64,000 nucleotides of DNA, taken from NCBI GenBank assembly GCA_012295275.1, contig CM022670.1, positions 1,302,001 through 1,366,000 on the forward strand, written 5' to 3'. Position 1 is the stretch's first letter; the number at the start of each line of letters is the position of its first letter. The notes below the pieces were generated by a model. It ran no database searches. It was not told the origin of the DNA and was given only the letters and a program-made list of their open reading frames with translations. Source of the stretch: Chrysomallon squamiferum. Taxonomy: Eukaryota > Animalia > Mollusca. The position numbers and the translations under genes were made by a program. Positions 1 to 12,065 of this stretch are shown piece by piece.

Positions 1-16
1 TCTCTATCTATCTGCT

Positions 17-58
<42 letters not shown>

Positions 59-312
59 TAATAATAATAATAAAAATAATAAGAGTGATAGTAATAATAA
101 TAGTAATAATAATAATAACAGTAATAATAATAATAATAATAAAACAACAACAATAATAATAATAAATGAATAAATAAATAAATAAATACATAAATAAACA
201 GCAATGATAATATAGCAACAATAGAAATTAAACAACGGAAAATAGTAATAGTATGAAATAACAGTAATTAAAATAAAGTGTATTATTAAGATACTGTGTA
301 TTTTTATTATAC

Positions 313-435
313 CTGTATTATCCGCATTCGCACCTTCTCCGCCTCCTGCTAGTAAATAACTTCCAAAGCTCGATGTGCCACCGTCCCCCCCATAGGAAGC
401 TTGTACATCCCCGTCTCTACCCCCACCCCCTCCTC
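313..435 (-). CDS. Locus A exon 7: glycine-rich domain (GGGGGGRDGDVQASYGGDGGTSSFGSYLLAGGGEGANADNTG); gene probably continues beyond the left edge
   Basis: ctcgttctag| acceptor, ACA G|gtataa donor; 123 nt, phase 1 to 1; continues exon 6 in frame to give VICIGGGGGG...GGTSSFGSY..AGGGEG; G-rich island in AT-rich DNA. Confidence 0.85.
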
Positions 436-922
436 CTAGAACGAGAGATTTCCAGTTATATATTATCTTTATTTAGAACAGTTTAAAATATTTCGTAAAT
501 TGAAATGAACAAATATATATATATATGAACAAATAAAATAAATAAATATAGTAAACTAATTAATTGACTGATAAATACTATACTATTCAGGAGTTAATGC
601 ATAAAAAAAAAAAAAAAAAAAACAACGCACAAACCGCACAAAACACACACACACACACATACACGCAAAAAAGAAACCCACACCAAACAATGGAATATAA
701 TATAACGGAACATAACATAAACAACAAAACAATAAAAACAAATGAAAAAAAAAAAAAAAATAAAAAAAATATAAAAAAAAAAAAAAAAAAAAAAATATTG
801 TAATCCTTATTATACAAAATAGCACAGAGAAGATTAGATCTTGCGAACCTAACGTTCTCGAGCAGTTTTCGTTATTACTACGTAATTATCTCCAGTTACA
901 CTGACAGACGTCAACTACTCAC

Positions 923-1051
923 CTATACAAATAACATCCACTTTGCTGACAAACGACGGCACGGTAAAAACATCATCTTTCAAAAACTGTTTTCTGGTAT
1001 ACTCAACTTTGTCCCAAGTTACTGGTGTTGGTTGTGTTGTTGTTATGAATT
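923..1051 (-). CDS. Locus A exon 6: Thr/Pro linker and start of glycine-rich domain (EFITTTQPTPVTWDKVEYTRKQFLKDDVFTVPSFVSKVDVICIG)
   Basis: ttttcag| acceptor, ATA G|gtgagt donor; 129 nt, phase 1 to 1, open frame; F-x4-FTVP-x2-V-x-KVDVICIG is the typical start of phage-tail-type glycine-rich domains. Not in the ORF track. Confidence 0.85.
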
Positions 1052-1285
1052 CTGAAAATTCAAATAATAATAATAATAATAATGATAATAATAATAATAA
1101 AAATGATGATGATGATGATGATGATAATGATAATGATAATGATGTTGATGATGATGATAATTATAATAATAATGATAAAATAAAATAAAATTATTTATAA
1201 ATACTTAATTTTCTAGCATCCGCCTCTAAATAATATCACCATCATCAACACAAGCAGCAGCAACAACAACAACAACAACAACAAC

Positions 1286-1339
<54 letters not shown>

Positions 1340-1412
1340 CTTATATAGTATGAATACCCATATTTTTAAATTTAATTCTATTATTATTATTGTTGTTATT
1401 GTTATTATTATA

Positions 1413-1464
<52 letters not shown>

Positions 1465-1564
1465 CTTTTGTATTATATAATGTGTACTAATATATATATA
1501 TATATATATAAAGTGTTAAAGTTCTTATAAAAAATATGTTAACTTCAATCCTTTGTCATTTTAC

Positions 1565-1784
1565 CATTAGAAATCGTCAAAGTCCAGGTATCTGCTTTGT
1601 AACAGCCTGAAAATGATTTGACTGGTCCCCACCTGACATCAAGCAGTTTGAGTAATCCGGGCGTGTCACCACCATTTGAATCGTCACCAGTAGCAGAGGA
1701 CCAGTGCATTTTCTTCACCAGAACGTATTTAGAAAGGTACACATCACTTAGTTCCGCAGAACTGAGGTGCTCGTAATAGCTAAA
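1565..1784 (-). CDS. Locus A exon 5: C-terminal half of the family domain (FSYYEHL...GDDSNGGDTPGLLKLLDVRWGPVKSFSGCYKADTWTLTISN)
   Basis: ttccag| acceptor at 1785/1784, phase 0; phase-1 donor AAT G|gtaaaa at 1565/1564; read-through gives a stop at 1545-1547 (possible short isoform). Homologous to terminal exons of B and C. Confidence 0.85.
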
Positions 1785-1787
1785 CTG

Positions 1788-1881
<94 letters not shown>

Positions 1882-2286
1882 TTATAATAATAATAATAAT
1901 AATAATAATACCATTACTACTATTACTACTACTACTTCTACTACTGCTACTACTACTAATAATAATGATAATAATAAAAAGTGTCATATGATTAACCTGT
2001 TAGCTACAACAACAACAACAACAAATGATGTAAACAGATTAATAACATGGGAGTGAGAGGTCAGTTCGGTCTGTGTGAAAGACTGACATAACGAGCATAC
2101 TAAAAATGAAGTAAAGATCACAGTCACGGACATATTGCCTTTTACTTTATTGTTATGAAAGATTAAGGTAACAACTATTGCAACAATTTAGATGTATTCG
2201 ATATGTAAGTATGCTATCTGGGTTCAGCATTCACCGACATAATGATTCTAAACCTACATCAAACAATCAAAAGATAAAAAGTGTAC

Positions 2287-2588
2287 CAAAAGTACAGCTG
2301 TTAAATGAACGTGTCTGTTGGAATGGATGATCCACTTTATGGGCTCATAGCTCGACAAAGCTAAAACAATAGGTTTTCTGGTTTCTCCTCTGATGTACAC
2401 GTTTGTCGTGACCGCTGTTGGAGGTCGGGTACGGGTTTTACCTCTGTATATGCCGAGCAGGTGCACGTCGTAGTCTTCCACGTCGATGTTGTTGACACAG
2501 CTGTATACTTTTTGTTCAGTGCCCTCCAACGTCGCTGTGGAAAGGGCGTTTGGGTTGTTTGGAAGGACCCTGCAGTTGCCCACCTCAG
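2287..2588 (-). CDS. Locus A exon 4: N-terminal half of the family domain (PEVGNC...DVHLLGIY...KPIVLALSSYEPIKWII...AVLL)
   Basis: ttttcacag| acceptor, TTG|gtacac donor; 302 nt, phase 1 to 0; same length and splice positions as 13069-13370; clear homology to three paralogues in the window. Confidence 0.9.
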
Positions 2589-2857
2589 CTGTGAAAAGGC
2601 GAACATTAAGACAGATAGACAGATAAAGTAGACAGACAGATTAAGTAGACAAGTTCAAAGACAGATAGAGAAGCAGAGAGCAAACTAGTAGATTTTTCTC
2701 TTTAAAAGAAAACTTAAACTGTAGAACGGAAAATTTTCGATTAAATAAAAGAAACCCAAAACTGAATAAACACACGAAAGCTCGCACTCACATTCATACA
2801 AAGAACATGTACACACATATTAGTGAGGGGGGAGGAAGGGTGGAGGGATTTAGGGAG

Positions 2858-2928
<71 letters not shown>

Positions 2929-2938
2929 CACAACATAC

Positions 2939-3049
2939 GTAAACAAGTGTATCTGTTGTATCCTGGTTTACGACACACACAGTATCCATTCAGACATTTA
3001 GCATTGTATGAGCCGCGGCAGAACTTGCTACAAGATTTCCTAGGTAGGT
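2939..3049 (-). CDS. Locus A exon 3: EGF-like module NLPRKSCSKFCRGSYNAKCLNGYCVCRKPGYNRYTCL
   Basis: 111-nt symmetric phase-1 exon, tgtttcag| and |gtatgt; six cysteines with a CxC motif; identical length and homologous to exons at 13662-13772 and 16571-16681. Not in the ORF track. Confidence 0.9.
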
Positions 3050-3096
3050 CTGAAACAACAACAACACGATACTACTACTACTACTACTACTACTAC

Positions 3097-3150
<54 letters not shown>

Positions 3151-3640
3151 CTAACAGGCGTTAGAATAAAAAGACGACAACGGTGATGATGATGAAGAAA
3201 AAAGAAGAGGAGAAGAAGAAGAAGAAAATGAAGATAATAATTTTAAAAAAAAAAACTAAAAGATAATACTTTAAGCTGTCGTTAAGCAAGTATCGGCTTT
3301 ATTTATTTGTAAGAAATAAAACAAGATGCTACAGGAGAGAACAAGTCAAAACAGTGCAAGAAAAGATAAGAAAAGTTTAGTTCAGAATAAAGACAACTTG
3401 TAAACGATACGACAAAGAAAAACAAGTGAGCCATGGCGTCTGGTTCGCAGCGTGGTAATTGTTTTGAAAGAAACAGGACGTTCGCGAAGTGCAGGCGCAT
3501 TGAATTGGGTGTACAGTCGAGTGACGTCTTTTTAGAAACTCAGTCTAATAAATAAATCCACGCTTAAACATGTGGCAACGTGAATTAAAAACTAAAAAAA
3601 TAAAAAAAAATTCTCGATGATGAATTTTATTTATTTATTT

Positions 3641-3679
<39 letters not shown>

Positions 3680-4351
3680 GTTACCTATTTTATTATTATT
3701 TATTTATTTGGATATTTATTCAATTATTATTTATTTATTTATTTATTTTTATATATTTACTTCAGTAACTTTAAAAAAAAAAAAATAATAATAAAAAAAT
3801 ATATAAATATCGAACATAAGGCTACGTGTACTACTGTGTAACTTTTTCAAATAAACGTTCCTATGTCAACAATGAAACTCAATCAGTTTCTGTATTAAAT
3901 TTCAACATATCCGTTCCCGTCGCGAATAAAAGATTTCTGTATTCACCCGAGTAACGAAATAAACGGATCTACAGATATAAGATTTGCGACTGGGGAATCA
4001 CGTGCTCACTTTATCCCACAAAAAAAGAACAAAGGGGATGAATTGCACTAAGAAGACGCGGCAAATCCCAGAGGAAATATCCCCTTTCGCCGTCCTTTGA
4101 TGATTCACTATTACAAAAATGTTTCGGATGTCTAAGTTTTCATTTTATTCTGGGATTGTCTTTTTTGTGTTTTTTTCCCTATGTAAATTTCCAAATAAAT
4201 ATATAAATATAAAACGAAAAGGATTATAAAAATAATAAGACTATATGTATATATATATATATATATAATTTAATTTTAACGTGCACATTAACACACAAAC
4301 ATACGAACGCACACGCACAGACGCACACATATAATGCGTAAACATACTTAC

Positions 4352-4382
4352 TCTGAGTCTTGTTGGATGGATTAATTGTGTC
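4352..4382 (-). CDS. Locus A exon 2 (31-nt mini-exon, DTINPSNKTQ)
   Basis: Acceptor tttctag| and donor |gtaagt; phase 0 to 1 links exon 1 to the EGF exon exactly; contains an NKT sequon; same position and phases as the 16-nt micro-exons of loci B and C. Confidence 0.8.
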
Positions 4383-4387
4383 CTAGA

Positions 4388-4448
<61 letters not shown>

Positions 4449-5125
4449 GTAATAGTAATATTAACAGTAATTATAATAATAATAACAATGGTAATAGTAA
4501 TAACAATAGTAGTAGTAATATTAATAATAGTAATAATAACAACAGTAATAGTAATAACAACAGTAGTAATAATAATAATAATAGTAATAATAATAATAAA
4601 TAATAAAAGTAATAGTAATAATAATAGTAGTAATAATAATAATAAACAATAATAATAATATCAATAATAATAAAACAATAATAATAATAAAAAATAAATA
4701 AATAAATAAATACATAAATAAATAAATAATTAGCAGTGATAATATAGCAATAATAGAAATTAAACAACCGAAAACAGTAATAGTATGAAATAATAGTAAT
4801 TATAATAATAATGGTGACGATAATAGACTGTTGATAAGTGATGGTAATGAAAACAATAATAAACTGAAGATTAAAAACTTAATAAGAAATAAAATATTTT
4901 CATCTAAATGTAAATTTTCATCAGTTACAATAAAAATAAATAAATAAATATTTAAATAAATAAGTAAGGAAATAAATAAATAAATAAGTAATCAAGGAAA
5001 TACATAAATAAATAAATTATAAAAACGAAAGAATGAGAGAAAGAAATAAGTAAGTTAGTAAGTAAATAAAACTAGTTTTACACAAATTGTAAAATTTATA
5101 AAATTTCTAATTATCATCATCATCA

Positions 5126-5211
<86 letters not shown>

Positions 5212-5248
5212 TATTATTATTACTATTACTATTATTATTATTATTGTT

Positions 5249-5280
<32 letters not shown>

Positions 5281-5290
5281 AAACACCAAC

Positions 5291-5689
5291 CTCTCTATGA
5301 ACAGGTTTTGTCAAAAACGTCGCCATCACCACCGTAACAACGACCAATACAACCGCGATCACAAGAACTACTACAACTTCTCTTCTGGGGCTGGTAGAAC
5401 GTGGTGAGGTCGAAACGCTGTCATCAGCTTGATCCGAAACAATTCTAAGGTTGAAACATTCCCTCTCTCCACTGGAACCGTTTGCGACGGTCGCGCGACC
5501 GGCTTCTGCATCAACGTCGTCGACGTTGTAAATAACAACACCGTTGGAATTAGTTCCGCCAGAATTCGAAGACATCACTTCGTTGTAACTAGGCGGAGAT
5601 GGCACCGAATCGGCTTTCACGAAGCCGTTGCTCGGACAGATTTCTTCGTAAGGAGGCGGAAAGTCACTGAAAACAGTGTCCGCTGACAT
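5291..5689 (-). CDS. Locus A exon 1: cytoplasmic N-terminus (PPPYEEI, PPSYNEV) plus transmembrane helix of a type II membrane protein
   Basis: ATG at 5689 in gaaATGT context; 133 codons of non-repetitive, GC-richer sequence; hydrophobic stretch VVVVLVIAVVLVVVTVVMATFL preceded by RR; phase-0 donor GAG|GTTGGT at 5291/5290, just before the ORF runs into (AAT)n. Confidence 0.85.
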
Positions 5690-5792
5690 TTCGCTTCTGT
5701 TTCCACTCGTCGAATGGTTTTCCGTTTTTCACTCTGGCCCGTCTGAGAGTTCCGGTTTAAAACAAGCGTCTGGATCTGAGCGTGGCGAATGG

Positions 5793-5816
5793 AGTAACTG
5801 AGTAACTGAGTAACTG
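5793..5816 (-). promoter_or_regulatory. Three tandem CAGTTACT octamers (two TCAGTT initiator-like motifs) about 100 nt upstream of the locus A ATG
   Basis: AGTAACTG x3 on the plus strand; TCAGTT matches the invertebrate Inr consensus; E-boxes (CACGTG) near 5912 and 5940. Function inferred only. Confidence 0.3.
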
Positions 5817-6867
5817 CACCCGTGACTTCACAGAGTTGTCGTGGCGCGGAGGCCGCCGAAACACAATACCACAAAAAAAAAAAAACTCAATCGAAAAATA
5901 CCTGTCAATGACACGTGAAAATCTCTTTGTTCAATTTTGCACGTGATCGACCTACGTGCACACTCACCTGTGTCTCAGTCGACGTATTTCTAAGGCGTGT
6001 CGGAACAAAACAAATATTTCGTAATTACTGTTTTAAGGGTTGATAAAGAAAATGTTGAAATTCAAAGAGAAAAGGTGTGAAAATAGTGTCGAGCATTAAG
6101 TATCACCTCAACAAGAACACAAACACATGAACATCAATTTAATGAAAAAGAAGAAAATAAATAAGTAAATAAAATAATAAATAAGTTACTTCACCAGCAT
6201 CAACATCAACATCTTCATTATCATGATTATCATCAGCATCATCATCTGTATTACCTTGTGATTAAAAACAAATTAAATGAGATTTTCTTTGTTTAATATT
6301 GTCACAAAAAACAAAAAACAAAACAAAAAAAAAGTTTTCAGAAACAGACTTATCTCCCCTTGGAAAATTAATAGAAAGTAAAAATAATCGAAAATAAAAT
6401 AAATAATTACATAAAATAACAACAAGCATATATATAAATAAATAAATAACTACATTTGTTCTTGTACCTAAAGGTCTCTTGTCATAATAATTAAACATTT
6501 TGAAATTACGTCTATTATCATCACCATTATTATAATAATTATTTTCATTTTATACTATTGATTTTTTCTTATTATTATTATGTTATTAATATGTTTAATT
6601 TCTGTTGTTGCTATATTATCATTTTTATTTATTATTATTATTATCATCATCATCATCATTTACACTATATCGTTTACAAACACTGGAAAGAAAGATCTAA
6701 TATGACTAACATTAACAGACTGAGTCAGTGTGCAAGTAACTTTGAAAATACACACACACACAGACACACATACACACACACACACACACACATACATACA
6801 TACATACATATATATATATATATACATACATATATATAGATATATAGATAGATAGATAAATAGATAA

Positions 6868-6913
<46 letters not shown>

Positions 6914-6976
6914 TTCAGATATAGATATATATAGATATATATAGATATATATATCTATTTCTATCTATTGAAATTT

Positions 6977-7009
<33 letters not shown>

Positions 7010-7401
7010 ATATATACATATATACATAAATAGTTTAACATAACAATCATTTTATATCTGTCAGTTTTTGCTACAAGTATAAAAATTAATATTCCAGGCT
7101 ATGGAGAAACCGTAACGAGGGACAGTGTACGTATAGACGCCATTTGTTATCGGTATAATAATAATAATAATAATAATAATATAAAAACATTTTTTTTTTT
7201 GTTGTTGTTTTTGTTATCTCAGCTGGTTTACAAGAAAAACTCACGTTATGAAGATACACAAGATGTCAATACTCGACATTAGGCTTTATCAAGACGGAGC
7301 CTATCAAAGTTTCTGTCATCAGTTACTGGAGGTAATTAAATTCTACAATTTAGTCTTCACATGAAACCCCGATCTTTTCCCAACAGCAACACGGATCTTT
7401 A

Positions 7402-7741
7402 TATGTATGTATGTGTGTGTGTATGTATGTATGTGTGTATGTATGTATGTATGTATGTATGTGTGTGTACGTATGTATGTGTGTATGTATGTATGTGTGT
7501 ATGTATGTGTGTATGTATGTGTGTATGTATGTATGTATGTATGTGTGTATGTATGTATGTGTGTATGTGTGTATGTGTGTAAGTCTATATGTATGTATGT
7601 GTGTATGTACGTATGTATGTATGTGTGTATGTATGTATGTATGTGTGTATGTATGTATGTGTGTATGTGTGTATGTGTGTAAGTCTATATGTATGTATGT
7701 GTGTATGTACGTATGTATGTATGTGTGTATGTGTGTATGTA

Positions 7742-7798
<57 letters not shown>

Positions 7799-7877
7799 AT
7801 GTATGTATGTATGTATGTATGTATGTATGTGTATGTGTGTGTGTATGTATGTGTGTGTGTATGTATGTGTGTGTGTA
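7402..7877. repeat. Compound (TATG)n/(TG)n microsatellite with an internal 100-bp duplication
   Basis: AAGTCTATAT interruption recurs at 7581 and 7681; source of the MYVC pseudo-ORFs. Confidence 0.95.
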
Positions 7878-9215
7878 TAATGTGCAACATCCATGGCATT
7901 TTGATCTATCAGCTGTAGCTTTTCATAAGTTTAAAATTAAAAAAAATCTCTATATCAAATATTGAGATATTTCAGTAATCTCATCAAAGTTGTAAACAAG
8001 TATATATATACTAATTAATTGTGATAAAAGCAAAGGTAACCTCTAACCCGTTTTACATTTTACAAAATCATGTTGTTATCGGCGGCGAAATCGTTCATTC
8101 AGGTAGTTTGAATTACCGAGTTACCTCTCACACAGAGCGTTTCGGTTTGTGAGAAACACAAATGATAGAGGGCGCTGTACTTCGATGTGTCTGAACAAAC
8201 TTTTTTTTTTTTTTTTTTTTTTTTTGTTTGTTTTAATGTTACAAGAAAAAACGCAACTTAAAAGATTAGTGTCAGTTGTGACGTACGTCCCTCCCAACCC
8301 TTCTACTGGACCACTGTGTGTGTTGTCAAACATCAACAGTAAACAGAATTTTCATATCCCTTTATAATCCAACCAGTCACGTCCCTAACAAATGCTACTC
8401 TTTTATCATCAGACGTTTATTTTTATATTTTTAATATGCTGCCTCGTCTTCCGAAAATCGACCCATGGTGTAATGGTTGGAGGCTAAATGTACTGATGCG
8501 TGAGTTTTGTCATCCGTAAAATTTCAAAAGGTTTACTTGAGCAAGAAGCACAAAAGCCGAGCATTGGGTGAGATCAGTTTCCTTTTGTTAATAAAGTTTG
8601 AAATTGTTATTATTACTTTGATTTGTCACATGAGTGGTATTTTAATGCTGTGAATGATATTAACGATATAGTAATTTAGTACGAGACAGAAAAATTGCAG
8701 TGAAAAAAATAGCTTTAGACATGGTTTGGGTGTGTGGGTGGGTGGTGGTGGATGTGGGTGTGTCTGGGTATGTGGTGGATGTGGGTGTGTCTGGGTATGT
8801 GAGTGTGTATGGCTGTGTGCAATATTTGTGACTGGGTGTGTGAGTATGTGTGTGTTTGTGTGTGTGTTTGTGCGTGTATTTGTGGGTGTGTTTGTGCGTG
8901 TTCTTTGTAGTGGTTTTAGGATACCCGAGGGATCTTTTCCTGTGTTTCTGGTTAGCATGGCAGACACACAGAACTACGGGTATGCTTGTCTACGTCTGTG
9001 GTAGACTGTTTTTCGTTCATTACTCTGTTAGGTTACTGAATGATTATCTACCGTTAAGCTGAAGCTTTAAGTCTTACAGCCTAAACAGGTCAACAAAACA
9101 GAGTCGTTGTGGTTGTTATATTATTACTTCATGTACCTACAGGTGAAACACCTCGATGTTAACTCTTTGATGCTGACGTCACACGTGGCCCATGAAGAAG
9201 AAACCAGCATGGAAG

Positions 9216-9318
<103 letters not shown>

Positions 9319-9430
9319 TAAACAGATACTGATATATATACATACACGTATACATAGACAAATACACAAAAACACATCATTAACAACTTCTCTCTGTGCG
9401 CTAGCGTATATATGTGGAAAACAACAATAC

Positions 9431-11284
9431 ACAGCTATACTACTGTATAAAATCGCAAACAGCTATACTACTGTGTAAAATAGCAAACAGCTATACTACT
9501 GTATAAAACAGCAAACAGCTATACTACTGTATAAAACAGCAAACAGCTATACTACTGTGTAAAACAGCAAACAGCTATACTACTGTGTAAAACAGCAAAC
9601 AGCTATACTACTGTGTAAAACAGCAAACAGCTATACTGCTGTGTAAAACAGCAAACAGCTATACAAAAACAGCAAAAACAGCTATACTATGTGTAAAACA
9701 GCAAACAGCTATACTGCTGTGTAAAACAAACAAACAGCTATACTGTGTAAAACAGCAAACAGCTATACTATTGTATAAAATCACAAAACAGCTATACTAC
9801 TGTCTAAAACAGCAAACAGCTATACTACTGTATAAAATAGCAAACAGCTATACTACTGTGTAAAACAGCAAACAGCTATACTACTGTGTAAAACAGCAAA
9901 CAGCTATACTACTGTGTAAAACAGCAAACAGCTATACTGCTGTGTAAAACAGCAAACAGCTATACTATTGTATAAAATCGCAAACAGCTATACTACTGTG
10001 TAAAACAGCAAACAGCTATACTACTGTGTAAAACAGCAAACAGCTATACTACTGTGTAAAACAGCAAACAGCTATACTATTGTATAAAATCGCAAACAGC
10101 TATACTACTGTGTAAAACAGCAAACAGCTATACTACTGTGTAAAACAGCAAACAGCTATACTATTGTATAAAATCGCAAACAGCTATACTACTGTGTAAA
10201 ACAGCAAACAGCTATACTACTGTGTAAAACAGCAAACAGCTATACTACTGTCTAAAATAGCAAACAGCTATACTACTGTGTAAAACAGCAAACAGCTATA
10301 CTACTGTGTAAAACAGCAAACAGCTATACTACTGTGTAAAACAGCAAACAGCTATACTATTGTATAAAATCGCAAACAGCTATACTACTGTCTAAAACAG
10401 CAAACAGCTATACTACTGTATAAAATAGCAAACAGCTATACTACTGTATAAAATAGCAAACAGCTATACTACTGTGTAAAATAGCAAACAGCTATACTAC
10501 TGTGTAAAATAGCAAACAGCTATACTACTGTGTAAAACAGCAAACAGCTATACTACTGTGTAAAACAGCAAACAGCTATACTACTGTATAAAACAGCAAA
10601 CAGCTATACTACTGTGTAAAACAGCAAACAGCTATACTACTGTGTAAAACAGCAAACAGCTATACTACTGTGTAAAAAAATAAACAGCAAACTATACTGT
10701 GTAAAAAAAGCAAAAGCTAAAAATCGCAAACAGCTATACTATTGTAAAAATCAGCAAACAGCTATACTACTGTGTAAAACAGCAAACAGCTATACTACTG
10801 TGTAAAACAGCAAACAGCTATACTACTGTGTAAAACAGCAAACAGCTATACTACTGTGTAAAACAGCAAACAGCTATACTGCTGTGTAAAACAGCAAACA
10901 GCTATACTATTGTATAAAATCGCAAACAGCTATACTACTGTGTAAAACAGCAAACAGCTATACTACTGTGTAAAACAGCAAACAGCTATACTACTGTCTA
11001 AAATAGCAAACAGCTATACTACTGTGTAAAACAGCAAACAGCTATACTACTGTGTAAAACAGCAAACAGCTATACTACTGTGTAAAACAGCAAACAGCTA
11101 TACTATTGTATAAAATCGCAAACAGCTATACTACTGTCTAAAACAGCAAACAGCTATACTACTGTATAAAACAGCAAACAGCTATACTACTGTATAAAAT
11201 AGCAAACAGCTATACTACTGTGTAAAACTAGCAAACAGCTATACTACTGTGTAAAATAGCAAACAGCTATACTATTGTATAAAA
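9431..11284. repeat. 28-bp tandem satellite, about 66 copies, consensus AAACAGCTATACTACTGTGTAAAACAGC
   Basis: Directly visible array of ~1.85 kb with recurring variant units (ACTATTGTATAAAATCGC, ACTACTGTCTAAAA, ACTACTGTATAAAATAGC); no unique spacers. Confidence 0.97.
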
Positions 11285-11714
11285 TAATTGTGAATCAATA
11301 AAATGCTGTTGGACTTTTTCTTAAAATAACCAAAAAAGAAAGATAACGACGACAACAGCAACAACAACAGTAAAATAATGGTGATGACAATGATGATGAT
11401 AAAATAAATAAACAAACAAACAAACCAATAAATAAATAAATGAAAAAGCAAACAAGCATAAATAAATAAATAATAAAATAATGAAATATATTTTCAGTTA
11501 CAATATATTATCATGATTCTCATCAGAAACATTAACTTCATCATTATCAGGTCATCATTTGAATTAAAATTGCTAAAGGTAATAACTGTTGTCCTAGCTG
11601 TTGCGATTTTACCTGAAAATGTTGTCGCAGTATTTATATTAATTGTTGGTGGCATAGTAACAGTCTGTATTTCTGTATTAAATTTTCCAATGGATTCTGT
11701 GAGTGCAACAAACC

Positions 11715-11914
11715 CGGATATAACAAATATACCAGTTTACGTGAGTGAAATATCGTCTTTTATTATACTGGTAGGAGGAAAGACCCCAAACAAACCCAAA
11801 GACCAGAATGAAATAAGAAAATAGAAAAACTAGTTGAGCCAGTTGCTAAAAATATGTCCAGTCAATGTGAGATCGCCGTATATTTTTATTATTATCACTG
11901 TTGTTGTTGTTCAT

Positions 11915-11940
<26 letters not shown>
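11715..11940 (+). repeat. Left copy of a ~220-bp inverted duplication (partner 20160-20380)
   Basis: CGGATATAACAAATATACCAGTTTACGTGAGTGAAATA...CTAGTTGAGCCAGTT is the reverse complement, with few mismatches, of 20250-20380; similarity fades into (TAT)n. Confidence 0.9.
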
Positions 11941-11977
<37 letters not shown>

Positions 11978-12007
11978 TGATATTATTGTTGTTGTTGTTA
12001 TTATTAC

Positions 12008-12065
<58 letters not shown>

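Noticed and set aside
3303-3500. Signal-peptide-like MAHLFFFVVSFTSCLYSE with gccATGG inside locus A intron 2 (alternative secreted leader)
   Set aside because: No credible phase-1 donor before the stop; only a weak A|GTTGTC site.
5429-5874. ORFs overlapping locus A exon 1 (5429-5686 plus, 5617-5874 minus), and the antisense ORFs over 48681-49064
   Set aside because: Shadow ORFs of GC-richer coding exons.
9174-9187. Adjacent TGACGTCA and CACGTG motifs
   Set aside because: Single short motifs with no supporting context; could occur by chance.
9431-11284. CRISPR-like array (28-bp unit with weak dyad symmetry)
   Set aside because: Head-to-tail repeats without unique spacers, no cas genes, eukaryotic context.
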